Notes under the pieces: model-generated | Seen by the model: only the letters and a program-made list of their open reading frames with translations | The model's database searches: none | Told to the model about the DNA's origin: nothing | Shown here: in pieces, positions 50,466 to 63,445 of the stretch | Layout of the letters: every line of letters begins with the position of its first letter | Numbering within the stretch: position 1 is the stretch's first letter | Origin: Heptranchias perlo | Lineage: Eukaryota | Assembly (NCBI RefSeq): GCF_035084215.1 | Contig: NC_090353.1 | Location: forward strand, 37,882,001-37,946,000 | Length of the DNA: 64,000 nucleotides | Direction of reading: 5' to 3' | Program-made: the position numbers and the translations under genes

Positions 50466-51239
50466 TTGGCCCAGAATTTGCGATCAAAATAACGGTCAGG
50501 CTAACGGCAGTCCCCATTATTTATGCGCAAAGGCTACAGCAACCTCAGGCGAGGGGCAGATGTGCGGTTAAACACTGAAATCCAAAAGTTGCTGTCCGAG
50601 ACACACCACTCCACCGTTAGCTTTGCGACAATGACAGCTCGCGTCTGCCTCACTATTGAAATCTATTGAACGGTGTGAAGTTCCTGTATTTGCACGGTGG
50701 ATATGAACAAACTCACCACAGAAAGTTAACGCAAGTCATTTCACGTCTAAGTTACCTTTTAATGACTCGATAAGTGTGAATTATTGCCACAGTCAATCCC
50801 TCTGGCACAGGAAATTAACTACTGTAAGAGTGGAGTCTCATTCCTTCAGATTTTAATTGTAGTTGGAGATTTAAAAAAAAATTAAATTACATTTTTCTTT
50901 TACTTTTCCTTTCTTTTTTCTCTCTCTCTTAATCCAATCTTTCTTCCCCTCTCTTTATTTCTCTTTCTGTACCTGATTTGTCATTAAATTCACCCGCTCT
51001 AATTTACACTTCCTTCTCAGTCCTTGCGCTGTTAATGACCCAATCCGTCAATCTCCTCGGTTAAGGAGATACCCTGTTCACTCTGGTCCCAGATGCCCTG
51101 TTTCTCTCGCTGCCCCGTTATCAGCTCGAACTTTCAGCAACTTGCCACCCAAAATATCATCGAGATTAAACAGGCAAAGGGCAAGTCTGACTGACAGCAG
51201 AGGCCATTCATCGCCCTGCTACAGCAAATTCTGGGCCAA
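50466..51239. mobile_element. Non-autonomous DNA transposon / MITE (possibly PIF/Harbinger-like)
   Basis: Perfect 16-bp terminal inverted repeat ttggcccagaatttgc (50466-50481) / gcaaattctgggccaa (51224-51239); no ORF; TSD unclear. Confidence 0.55.
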
Positions 51240-51377
51240 AACACATTCACGCTCCCAGAGCAGAGTTCGGCCCACAGTGCGGGAATTTAGAAATGGAAGT
51301 CAGTGGGTCTCGTGAATTTAATGTCCATTAAAATCAATGGATGTAAATCCAGTGCAGCCCTTTGAAATCTGTGTCCA

Positions 51378-51596
51378 ATATAGATATAGATATAGATATA
51401 GAATAGATATTGATATAGATATTGATATAGAATAGATATTGATATAGATATTGATATTGATATAGGTATCGATGTAGATATAGAATAGATATTGATATAG
51501 ATATTGATGTAGATATAGGTATAGATGTAGATATAGGTATCGATGTATATAGATATAGATATTGATGTAGATATTGATGTAGATATCAATATAGAT
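51378..51596. repeat. (atatag)n microsatellite
   Basis: Direct reading. Confidence 0.9.
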
Positions 51597-52713
51597 CCCA
51601 GTGGACAAAACCCTGCACCTGAAATGCAAACTCAGAAAATTATCGCTCACCTGTAAAAAGGTCAGTCTGTAAACAGGTTGAGCTAGGTTTTAGAGGGGTT
51701 TAAAAATAAAGATATGAATCCTGGGACAGACAGAGCCAATGTAAGTGGACGAGGATGAGGGCGGCAGGTATACAGACTATCTGCAGATCTCAGAGCGATG
51801 GATTAGCTGGAGTTTGTGACGGGAGGTCAGTTAGGAGAACATTAGAGAGATCGATTCTCGAGGTGAGGTCACCATGTTGGGGATTTCAGCAATAGGTAGA
51901 ACTAGAGGTGGGAAATGGTCCAGGAGTGGAAGGTAGCGGTTTTGATGATGGACCAGATATGTGGTTGTATACTCAGCTTAAGGATGGAAGGTTGGTGGAG
52001 TCACAGCAAGAGGCACTTCGGTCCAGTCCAGGGGGGTGGATTCAGTTTTGCTAATTTTGAGTTGTAGGAAACAAAGAAGTTAATGAGTGAGGTCACTTGG
52101 TTCAAGAGAATCTCCAGTGGGAGCCCCAAGATGTGGCAAACAGGGTTAGAGACAAAGCTTATCCTGGTTATGACCTTTATCTCTTTTAATATCATAGGCA
52201 GGAAAATTTGATTTGTCCTATAGACAAGTCTAGAATTTATAGAAGGGGCAGAGGATTCCCCACATCTCCCCCCAACAAGTGAGCCAGGTTTAGTCTCCAG
52301 TATTACTGGCACAGTAAACAGTGCAGGATCTATTGATCCTTTAATCAAATACCAATAAAGGTGGGAGCCTGGGCTGCGCCATGCGTTAGTTAATGCATTC
52401 CATCTCCAGGACCTGGGTTCAAGTCCAGCCATGGTGATGAGTGAAAGTTTCCTCTGTTGACCAACTGTAAGGGTGTTAAATGGAATGAGGTTGGGCAATT
52501 TCAGCCCAGTTTCCAGTGGACTGGGCCCAAGATATGAGCCTATCCCTCCTGCAGTACCGTCTGGCATAGGGTGATAATCTGACCCGGAAAGCCCCAAAGT
52601 TAGAAAGGCAAATGGATAAATGTTGCACTGGTCTCAAGTTGCGACTGAGGGAACACGTTAGTGCAACGTAAGAGTAGCTGTTCTCTGGCTTTAACCCATG
52701 CTGTGCCTGATGG

Positions 52714-54576
52714 TTTTTTTTATTCGTTCATGGGATGTGGGCGTCGCTGGCGAGGCCAGCATTTTTGCCCATCCCCAATTGCTCTTGAGAAGGTGGTGGT
52801 GAGCCGCCTTCTTGAACCGCTGCAGTCCGTGTGGTGACGGTTCTCCCACAGTGCTGTTAGGAAGGGAGTTCCAGGATTTTGACCCAGTGACGATGAAGGA
52901 ACGGCGATATATTTCCAAGTCGGGATGGTGTGTGACTTGGAGAGGAACATGCAGGTGGTGTTGTTCCCATGTCCCTGCTGCTCTTGTCCTTCTAGGTGGT
53001 AGAGGTTGCGGGTTTGGGAGGTGCTGTCGAAGAAGCCTTGGCGAGTTGCTGCAGTGCATCCTGTGGATGGTACACACTGCAGCCACTGTGCGCCGGTGGT
53101 GAAGGGAGTGAATGTTTAGGGTGGTGGATGGGGTGCCAATCAAGCGGGCTGCTTTGTCCTGGATGGTGTCGAGCTTCTTGAGTATTGTTGGAGCTGCACT
53201 CATCCAGGCAAGTGGAGAGTATTCCATCACACTCCTGACTTGTGCCTAGTAGACGGTGGAAAAGCTTTGGGGAGTCTGGAGGTGAGTCACTTGCCACAGA
53301 ATACCCAGCCTCTGACCTGCTCTTGTAGGAATATGCAGGGCCATGAGGTTACAGATTGTGCTGGAATACAATTCTGCTGCTGCTGATGGCCCACAGCGCC
53401 TCATGGATGCCCAGTTTTGAGCTGCTAGATCTGTTCTGAATCTATCCCATTTAGCACGGTGGTAGTGCCACACAACACGTTGGACTGTGTCCTCAGTGTG
53501 AAGATGGGACTTCGTCTCCACGAGGACTGTGCGGTGGTCACTCCTACCAATACTGTCATGGACAGATGCATTTGTGACAGGTAGATTGGTGAGGACGAGA
53601 TCAAGTAAGTTTTTCCCTTGTGTTGGTTCGCTCACCACCTGCCGCAGGCCCAGTCTGGCAGTTATGTTCTTCAGGACTCGGCCAGCTCGGTCAGTAGTGG
53701 TGCTACCGAGCTACTCTTGGTGATGGACATTGAAGTCCCCCACCCAGAGTACATTCTGTGCCCTTGCTACCCTCAGTGCTTCCTCCAAGTGGTGATCAGC
53801 ATGGAGGAGGACTGATTCATCAGCTGAGGGAGGGCAGTAGGTGGTAATCAGCAGGAGGTTTCCTTGCCCATGTTTGACCTGATGCCATGAGATTTCATGG
53901 GGCCCAGAGTCAATGTTGAGAACTCCCAGGGCCACTCCCTCCTGACTGTATATCACTGTACCGCCACCTCTGGTGGGTCTGTCCTGCTGGTGGGACAGGA
54001 CATACCCAGGGATGGTGATGGAAGAGTCTGGGACGTTGGCTGAAAGGTATGATTCTGTGAGTATGGCTATGTCAGGCTGTTGCTTGACTAGTCTGTGGGA
54101 CAGCTCTCCCAATTTTGGCACAAGTCCCCAGACGTTAGTGAGGAGGACTTTGCAGGGTCGACTGGGCTTGGTTTGCCTTTGTCGTGTCCGGTGCCTAGTG
54201 GTCCGTCTGGTTTTATTCTTATTATGACTTTTTTTAGCGAGATTTTACAACTGAGTGGCTTGCTAGACCATTTCAGAGGGTGGTTAAGAATCAACCACAT
54301 TGCTGTGGGTCTGGAGTCACATATAGGCCAGACCGGGTGAGGACGGCAGGTTTCCTTCCCTAAAGGGCATTAGTGAACCAGATGGGTTTTTATGACAATC
54401 CGGTAGTTTCATGGCTACCATTACTGATACTGGTATTTTAATTCCAGATTTTATTTAATTAATTGAATTTAAATTCCCCAGCTGCCATGATGGGATTTGA
54501 ACTCATGACTCCAGATTATTAGTCCAGGCCTCTAGGATTACTAGTCCAGTTACATAACCACTATGCTACTGTGCCC
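52714..54576 (-). mobile_element. LINE family A with both ends: tRNA-like head, APE endonuclease, internal deletion of RT, 3' end and polyA
   Basis: A-box and B-box at 54558-54568 and 54492-54504; APE motifs TNV.GL, DIAILTES, GDFNVH, SDH; junction at about 53327 joins the linker to the C-terminus. Confidence 0.85.
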
Positions 54577-55079
54577 AGAGAGCATTTTACCCCGAGACTG
54601 GCTCTGGAAATTCCATTGGAAGCTCTCTCTCCCAATTGGCTGCCGTAACTTGGGGTTGAAGATCGGAGGAAACCTCTGCAGAGTCAACACCAAATCTCCA
54701 GAGTGGAACAAGAGTGTTGGAAACATCTGGAGGCAGCTTCAAGGTTCAATCCGTATTATAATGGTGAGTATGACCTGGTGTCAATCTCTCTTAAAATGGC
54801 AAAAGATAGCAAGAGCCCTGTCTCATCAGGCACCATTCTACGAGAATTGGGGGCTGTCAGGATTATACCAGAGGTGAATTGGACGATCAGTTTATTTAGA
54901 TCTGGGAGAAGTAACAGATGTCCCTTCAATCTGAGATAGATAGCTTTTTGGCAACCAAAGGTATTAAGGGATATGGGCCAAAGGCAGGTATATGGAGTTA
55001 GATCACAGATCAGCCATGATCTTATCAAATGGCGGAGCCGGCACGAGGGGCTGAATGGCCTCCTCCTGTTCCTATGTGT

Positions 55080-56545
55080 GGACAATTTTCCAATGCTCCC
55101 TGGCTACAGGCATTGTACCGGAGGATTGGAGGACTGCTAATGTTGTACCGCTGTTTAAAAAGGGAGAAAGAGATAGACTGAGTAATTACAGGCCAGTCAG
55201 TCTAACCTCGGTGGTGGGCGCATTATTGGAATTGATTCTGAGGGACAGGATAAATCGTCATTTTATCAAGGACAGTCTGCATGGATTTGTTAAGGGAAGG
55301 TTGTGTCTGACTAACTTGATTGAATTTTTTGAGCAGGTAACAAGGAGGGTCGATGAGGGTAACGCGTTTGATGTAGTCTACATGGATTTTAGCAAGGCTT
55401 TTGACAAGGTCCCACATGGCAGACTGGTCAAAAAAGTAAAAGCCCATGGGATCCAAGGGAGAGTGGCAAGTTAGATCCAGAATTGGCTCAGTGGCAGGAA
55501 GCAAAGGGTAATGGTTGACGGGTGTTTTTGTGACTGGAAGGCTGTTTCCAGTGGGGTTCCGCAGGGCTCAGTACTCGGTCCCTTGCTTTTTGTGATATAG
55601 ATTAATGATTTGGGCATGAATGTAGGGGGCTTGATCAAGAAGTTTGCAGATGATACAAAAATTGGCCGTGTGGTTGATAGTGAGGAGGAAAGCTGTAGAC
55701 TGCAGGAAGATATCAATGGACTGGTCAGTGGGCAGAAAAGTGGCAAATGGAATTTAATCCAGAGAAGTGTGAGGTAATGCATTTGGGGAGGGCAAACAAG
55801 GCAAGGGAATACACAATAAATGGGAGGATACAGAGAGGTGTAGAGGAAGTGAGGGACCTTGGAGTGCATGTCCACAGATCCCTGAAGGTAGCAGGACAGG
55901 TAGATAAGGTGGTTAAAAAGGCATACAGGATACTTTCCTTTATTAGCCGAGGCATTGAATATAAGAGCAGAGAGGTTATGCTGGAACTGTATAAAACACT
56001 GATTAGGCCACAGCTTGAGTACTGTGTACAGTTCTGGTCACCACATTACAGGAAGGATGTGATTGCACTAGAGAGGGTGCAGAGGAGATTTACGAGGATG
56101 TTGCCAGGACTGGAGAATATTAGCTATGAGGAAAGATTGGATAGGCTGGGGTTGTTTTCTTTGGAACAGAGGAGGCTGAGGGGAGATTTAATTGAGGTGT
56201 ATAAAATTATGAAGGGCCGAGATAGAGTGAATAGGGAGGACCTATTTCCCTTCACAGAGGGGTCAGTGACCAGGGGGCATGGATTAAAGTAATTGGTAGA
56301 TGGAACTGAGGAGAAATTTTTTCAGCCAGAGGGTGGTGGGGGTCTGGAACTCACTGCCTGAAAGGGTGGGAGAGGCAGAAACCCTCAACTCATTTAAAAC
56401 TTGGACGTGCACCTGAAGTGCTGAAACCCACAGGGCTACGGACCAAGAGCTGGAAAGTGGGATAGGCTGGTGGCTTTTTTTCAGCCGACACAGACACAAA
56501 GGGCCGAATGGCCTCCTTCTGTGCTGTAACTTTCTATTATTCTAA
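55080..56545 (+). mobile_element. CR1 LINE RT and 3' end (a separate CR1 tail lies at about 54790-55076)
   Basis: YRPVSLTS, DFSKAFDKVPH, QGSVLGP, FADD, RPQLEYCVQFWSP. Confidence 0.92.
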
Positions 56546-57424
56546 GAATTGGCCCAACAAATTGGGGAGGTTGTATTTAAACAGGAACAATTGCATTGGA
56601 CAGGATGTTAAGGCTACTTATTGTACTCATGGATGGTCGCAATGGACATCAATCTATTCTAGTACAGACTTCATGTAAATGGTCCAGGTGGAGAATAATT
56701 CTCCATCCTGAGCAGAGTCAAAGGCATCAAAGATGTGAATCTGCTTGCAATTAAAAATAAATTATGAAATCTGTCAGTCTAGAACGTTGAGGGGGGCCCC
56801 AGTGATAGACAGAAAGGGGTTCTTGGAAAGGATATAGGACACGGGAAAAAAGACACTCTAAGAGTGCTGACTCTCCCATTAACTGCACGCCTGCTGAATC
56901 CCTGCGTGATTGTGGGACAATTAGTTTTGAATATGAGCTGTAGGTTTAGAGTATCTTCTATTCTTATACACTTGCAGCTGGGATTGGTCCATTTAAAAGA
57001 GGAGTTTTTAACATATAACCTCAGTCTTGGTAAAATAATTTTTTATTCAGAAGTATCTACGTTGCTTGGCACAGGCCCTAGCCCCAGACCGAGAAAGCAG
57101 TGAGAAAGCAGTGAGAAATCAGTGAGAAATCAGTGAGAAAGCAGTGTAGCTCCGCCTGCACATGGTGAGGTTTTACCTCTCGAACAGTGACTTGAATTCC
57201 TTGTTAGTTGCCCATTGGCCAATGTTCTGATAACCACGGTCTCTGGCACCAATGGAAATAGCAGGAGACCGAAATGCTGGAGAGGTTTTATTGCCCGTGT
57301 CTGTCGAGGGGCAGATACAGAGCAGGCTGGGAACTCGACCTCAGCAACATCATCAGCTGGTGCATTGCCCTCAAAGTCGGAACTCCATTTGATCAAATGC
57401 TTTTTTTTGTATCTAGGAAAAGAA

Positions 57425-58410
57425 AGATTTGCATTTCTATCGTGCCTTTCACACCCTCGGGACATCCCAGAGTGCTTTACAGCCAATGAAGTACTTTTGA
57501 AGTGTGGTCACTGTTATAATGTAGGAAATACAGCAGCCAAATTGTGCACAGCAAGATCCCACAAACAGCAATGTGATACTGATCAGATCATCTGTTTGTT
57601 GATTGAGGGATAAATATTGGCCAAGACACTGGGAGAACATTCCAGTTTTTCTTCTTAACGTCCACCCGAGGGGGCGGACGGGACCTCGGTTTAACGTCTC
57701 ATCCAAAAGACAGCATCTCTGACAGTGCAGCGCTCCCTCAGTACTGTCCCTCCCACAGTGCAGCGCTCCCTCAGTACTGACCCTCCGACAGTGCAGCGCT
57801 CCCTCAGTACTGACCCTCCGACAGTGCAGCGCTCCCTCAGTACTGCCCCTCCGACAGTGCAGCGCTCCCTCAGTACTGACCCTCCGACAGTGCAGCGCTC
57901 CCTCAGTACTGACCCTCCGACAGTGCAGCGCTCCCTCAGTACTGACCCTCCGACAGTGCAGCGCTCCCTCAGTACTGACCCTCTGACAGTGCAGTGCTCC
58001 CTCAGTACTGACCCTCCGACAGTGCAGCACTCCCTCAGTACTGACCCTCCGACAGTGCAGCGCTCCCTCAGTACTGACCCTCCGACAGTGCAGTGCTCCC
58101 TCAGTACTGACCCTCCGACAGTGCAGCGCTCCCTCAGTACTGACCCTCCGACAGTGCAGCACTCCCTCAGTACTGACCCTCCGACAGTGCAGCGCTCCCT
58201 CAGTACTGACCCTCCGACAGTGCGGCGCTCCCTCAGTACTGACCCTCTGACAGTGCAGCGCTCCCTCAGTACTGACCCTCCGACACTGCAGCACTCCCTC
58301 AGTACTGCCCTAGGAGAGTCAACCTGGATTTTGTGCTCAAGTCTCTGGAGTGGGACTTGAACCACGACCTTCTGACTCAGAGGTCAGCGTGTGACCCATG
58401 GATGACACTG
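57425..58410 (-). mobile_element. Deu-domain tRNA-SINE with internal 33-bp unit expanded to about 18 copies
   Basis: Reverse complement of the element at 10575-11130; array 57720-58307. Confidence 0.8.
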
Positions 58411-60305
58411 TGGGAGATTACGGTACTAAGGAATTGTATTTTTAACTTGTGTACATGACACACAAGTGTCCATTTCTGAGAACCAGCTGCACATACAAAT
58501 ATAAAGGACAGAGCACAGGAAATTTGTGTAAAGGGATAAGATATTCGAGCAATACCGCAGAACAAAAATAGTCACAGGAGATGAATTGCTGGTTTCATCA
58601 ACTGAAAGAGTCAAAGTGTTTGCTTTCCTTAATTGAATTAACACCATCATACCTGTGATATGAAATAAACAGTTTGTTCAATTATATATAGATTTTCCTC
58701 CAACAAGAGTCAGTCAGCATTATGGGAGGAGGGAGCAGTGAGAAAATTGGTGGAAAAAGGAAAAAGACTGAGAGCCTCAATAACTGAGGAAACTCGGAGC
58801 CAAATTCACAGCTTCATCATTGATCAACAGAAAAGATGAAAGGAATTTTCTCAAATCACTCCTAATGGGCGGAAGTTTGCAATTTGCTTTGAAAAATGTC
58901 CTGTTAGTCTCTGATCCAATGGTCAGTGAGCAATTAGAGAACAGATCCAACAATCTGAGCGTTGTTTATCACAGAGTAGTGAGAATGTGGAAAACAGATG
59001 AGTCTCAGATGATTAACTGGATAAATATCTGGTTGGGAACAGGGCTGGAGGTTACAAGGGCAGTACAAACCGACACCGGACAAAATGGTCTGAGAGCTAT
59101 GGGATGGGGGATGTTGGCTGGAGGGGAGGAGGCCATGGTTGAATAGTGCAGGTGTGAAGATGAGTGAATATTCTCGGGTTTTGATTGATTCCCTTTGGGG
59201 ATCAGAGGTTATTTATGCAGAACTTTCCCTCAGGATTCAGTGGGTGGGGTAGAGCCCACGATGGGGATCATGGTGCACAGCTCATGAATAGAACTGGCCT
59301 TTTGGGCCAAATGGCCTTTTCTCATTCTGTGCTTTCTGCTGTACTTGGATTCCTTTTGTTGAATCTCCTCTCCCAGCTAATCTTAGTTTGGTTTACAGAA
59401 TACAATGTTAGAAAGTGATGTCAAATGTAAACAGAAATACAGACTGTCTGTGTTCTGAGGGCAGTGATCGCACCCCCATTCTAGCACTTAGCTGCATTTT
59501 GAACTGCTCATACATTCCCCTCTCCAACGCCCCCCCCCAGGGAGATTGTTCCAAATATTCCTCATTCTTTGAGTAAAGAAATTCTTCCCAATACAAATAA
59601 AAAGAAAATAAACTTCAAATGCTGGAAATCCTGTTTTTGTTTCAATTGGTCCCCAATATCTGTTTGTAGGTTTGCTGAGACCCACAGTTCAAAACCCCCA
59701 AATTCCTCCATCTGGGGCAGAATAAATTGTGCATTTGGGGTTCCACCGAATCCCTGCTTTTTCTGCCCTCCAGGAATTCCTATGGGTTGTGGAGCAGGCG
59801 TAAGATGTGAGGAATATTTATCACACGATGATTTGACCTGTGCTTCGAGCTCTGCTCTTCGTAAGGTGCAGGTGGACTCCTGTGCTCCAAGCGGAATTTA
59901 AGATACGCTGACACGGAGCATAAACACAGGCATGGGCCTGATGGGCTGAATGGCCTGTTTCTGTGCTGTACATTCTTTGTAATTCTTTCTATTAAATGGG
60001 ACAGAGGGAGGGAGAGTAGAAATCTTTCTCCAATATTTCAATTATAGGGCATATTTTAGAAAGAATGTTTACAGCTTGAGTCCTGTTTTTTTTGTGGTGC
60101 GCTCTAATTTATTAAAATACTCTCAGGAACCCAGGACCCAATTGATTAACGTCATCAAATTGACCTGTGATGTTTACACAGGCTATGATCTCAGTGGAAA
60201 AACATCGATATCAATGTGCTGTGTGAGAAGTCACTGTCCAGCCGAGGAAGCTGCTCACAATCAGAAACTCTGTGTGTTTGCAACTTGCAGGGAGAGTGCG
60301 TCGAG

Positions 60306-60387
60306 ATGAATTGTAATTTGCTGGTACCAGCTCTGCTACTGACACTTTCAACCTTCTGGTGTCGGGCAGCTACTCCAGACTATGACG
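60306..60387 (+). CDS. Probable exon 1 (signal peptide) of a fourth PAR-family gene; exon 2 lies beyond the window
   Basis: MNCNLLVPALLLTLSTFWCRAATPDYD+G; 82 coding nt, phase 1, donor G|gtgagactttt. Same length, phase and donor context as PAR copies 2 and 3. Confidence 0.6.
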
Positions 60388-60761
60388 GTGAGACTTTTCC
60401 CTTTTACAATAATAGGTCAGAAATAGAACAGCGGAGTTTGTGGGGTTTTGTTGTTGATGCTTCCTATGTCCTGGGAAACTCGGAGAGTCTGAGTACAAGC
60501 TGATGGACAGAGTGCCTGAAATGTGCTTTCATTCTGAGTAAATGTGTCTCACACAAAAACTGCAATTTCTATAGAGCTCCTCTCAGAATGCTTTGCATGG
60601 CAGAGGAAAAAGAGTAGACACAGGGGGGATGGGAGGTGGTGGAGAGGGAAAGGGGGAAGGTGAAAACACAGACAAAAGGATAGCTTTTTAGGAAACTTTT
60701 GAAATCAGGAAGGGAGGCCCGAGCCAAGGGATTTATAGAGGGGGCTCCAGAGAGTATGCTA

Positions 60762-62188
60762 TATTCAGAGAGTGCGGTGTATTTAGAGAGTACGGTGTAT
60801 TCAGAGAGTGCGGTGTATTCAGAGAGTGCGGTGTATTCAGAGTGTGCGGTGTATTCAGAGAGTGCGGTGTATTCAGAGAGTACGGTGTATTTAGAGGGTA
60901 CGGTGTATTCAGAGAGTGCGGTGTATTCAGAGAGTGCGGTGTATTCAGAGAGTACGGTATATTTAGAGGGTACGGTGTATTTAGAGGGTACGGTGTATTC
61001 AGAGAGTGCGGTGTATTTAGAGAGTGCGGTGTATTTAGAGAGTGCGGTGTATTTAGAGAGTGCGGTGTATTTAGAGGGTACGGTGTATTTAGAGAGTACG
61101 GTGTATTCAGAGGGTGCGGTGTATTCAGAGAGTGCGGTGTATTCAGAGAGTGCGGTGTATTTAGAGGGTACGTGTATTCAGGGGATGTGGTATATTCAGG
61201 GGATGTGGTATATTCTGAGCGCATGGTATATTGAGAGGGTACGGTGTATTTAGAGGGTACGGTGTATTTAGAGGGTACGGTGTATTCAGAGAGTGCGGTG
61301 TATTCAGAGAGTGCGGTGTATTTAGAGAGTACAGTGTATTCAGAGAGTACGGTGTATTCAGAGAGTGCGGTGTATTCAGAGTGTGCGGTGTATTCAGAGA
61401 GTACGGTGTATTCAGAGTGTGCGGTGTATTCAGAGAGTACGGTGTATTTAGAGGGTACGGTGTATTTAGAGGGTACGTGTATTCAGGGGATGTGGTATAT
61501 TCAGGGGATGTGGTATATTCTGAGCGTACGGTGTATTTAGAGGGTACGGTGTATTTAGAGGGTACGGTGTATTCAGAGAGTACGGTGTATTTAGAGGGTA
61601 CGGTGTATTTAGAGGGTACGGTGTATTTAGAGGGTACGGTGTATTTAGAGGGTACGGTGTATTTAGAGGGTGTGGTGTATTTAGAGGGTACAGTGTGGTA
61701 TATTCTGAGAGTATGGAGTATTTAGAGGGTACGGTGTATTTAGAGGGTGCGGTGTATTCAGGGGATGTGGTATATTCTGAGAGTATGGTGTATTCAGAGG
61801 GTACGGTGTATTTAGAGGGTGTGGTGTATTTAGAGGGTGTGGTGTATTTAGAGGGTACAGTGTGGTATATTCTGAGAGTATGGTGTATTTAGAGGGTACG
61901 GTGTATTTAGAGGGTACGGTGTATTTAGAGGGTACAGTGTGGTATATTCTGAGAGTACGGTGTATTTAGAGAGTACGGTGTATTTAGAGGGTACGGTGAA
62001 TTTAGAGGGTACGGTGTATTTAGAGGGTACGGTGAATTTAGAGGGTACGGTGTATTTAGAGGGTACGGTGTATTTAGAGGGTACGGTGAATTTAGAGGGT
62101 ACGGTGTATTTAGAGGGTACGGTGTATTTAGAGGGTACGGTACGGTGTATTTAGAGGGTACAGTGTGGTATATTCTGAGAGTACGGTG
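60762..62188. repeat. 18-bp minisatellite (agagagtgcggtgtattc / agagggtacggtgtattt)
   Basis: Direct reading; unit composition drifts along the array. Confidence 0.95.
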
Positions 62189-62774
62189 AAGTGTCAGAAA
62201 CAGCATCGCTACCATTGGCGTCTGAGGAATGTGGAGTGTGGGGGAGGATGCTGATGTACGACTGGAAGAGGCTGTTGAAGGAGTGGAGAGTGAGGCCAAG
62301 AAGGGATTTAAAGGCAACGACAGGATATTAAAGTCAATTTATTTGAATGAGAGGAGGCAGTGGAGCTCGATAAGGGCAGAGTGACAGGACAGCAGCACTT
62401 TGAAGTGGTTAGAAGGCTGGACACGGTGCTGTGAATGACAGTAAGAGGGTATCAGCCCGGGGGAGAGTTTTTGAAAATATTACACGATGGAATGAGGGAG
62501 GAGCAGGACAGTGGGAGAGGAAAGAAAGCCTGAAACTGCCGTCTGAGTTCGGCCCATCGTACCTCTGCCGGCTCTTTGAACTAACTGCCCAATCAGTCCC
62601 GCTCCCCTGCTCTTTACCCATAACCCTGCAAATGTTTCCAGTTCTGCACTTGCCTTTCTGTTGACTCCATGAAGACAGTTTCCCCAATGATTGTTGCTGG
62701 GGAGCTGCGCCAATGCAACGAGATTTGGCAGCATCTTGGCAGGTGTTTGCTTCTCCTTTCAACCCTTCAGTAGT

Positions 62775-63445
62775 GCAGTCCAATGATGGGGTTCCTGGGT
62801 GTGACAGTCCAATGATGGGGCTCCCGGGTGTGACAGTCCAATGGTGTGGTTCCTGGGTGTGACAGTCCAATGATGGGGCTCCCGGGTGTGACAGTCCAAT
62901 GATGGGGCTCCCGGGTGTGACAGTCCAATGGTGGGGCTCCCGGGTGTGACAGTCCAATGGTGGGGTTCCCAGGTGTGACAGTCCAATGATGGGGTTCCCA
63001 GGTGTGACAGTCCAATGATGGGGTTCCCGGGTGTGACAGTCCAATGGTGTGGTTCCTGGGTGTGACAGTCCAATGGTGGGGCTCCCGGGTGTGACAGTCC
63101 AATGGTGTGGTTCCTGGGTGTGACAGTCCAATGGTGTGGTTCCCGGGTGTGACAGTCCAATGATGGGGCTCCCGGGTGTGACAGTCCAATGGTGGGGCTC
63201 CCGGGTGTGACAGTCCAATGGTGTGGTTCCTGGGTGTGACAGTCCAATGATGGGGCTCCCGGGTGTGACAGTCCAATGGTGGGGTTCACGGGTGTGACAG
63301 TCCAATGGTGGGGTTCCCGGGTGTGACAGTCCAATGATGGGGTTCCCGGGTGTGACAGTCCAATGATGGGGTTCGCGGGTGTGACAGTCCAATGGTGGGG
63401 TTCCCGGGTGTGACAGTCCAATGATGGGGTTCGCGGGTGTGACAG
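62775..63445. repeat. 29-bp minisatellite, about 23 copies
   Basis: Unit gtgtgacagtccaatgatggggttcccgg. Confidence 0.95.
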
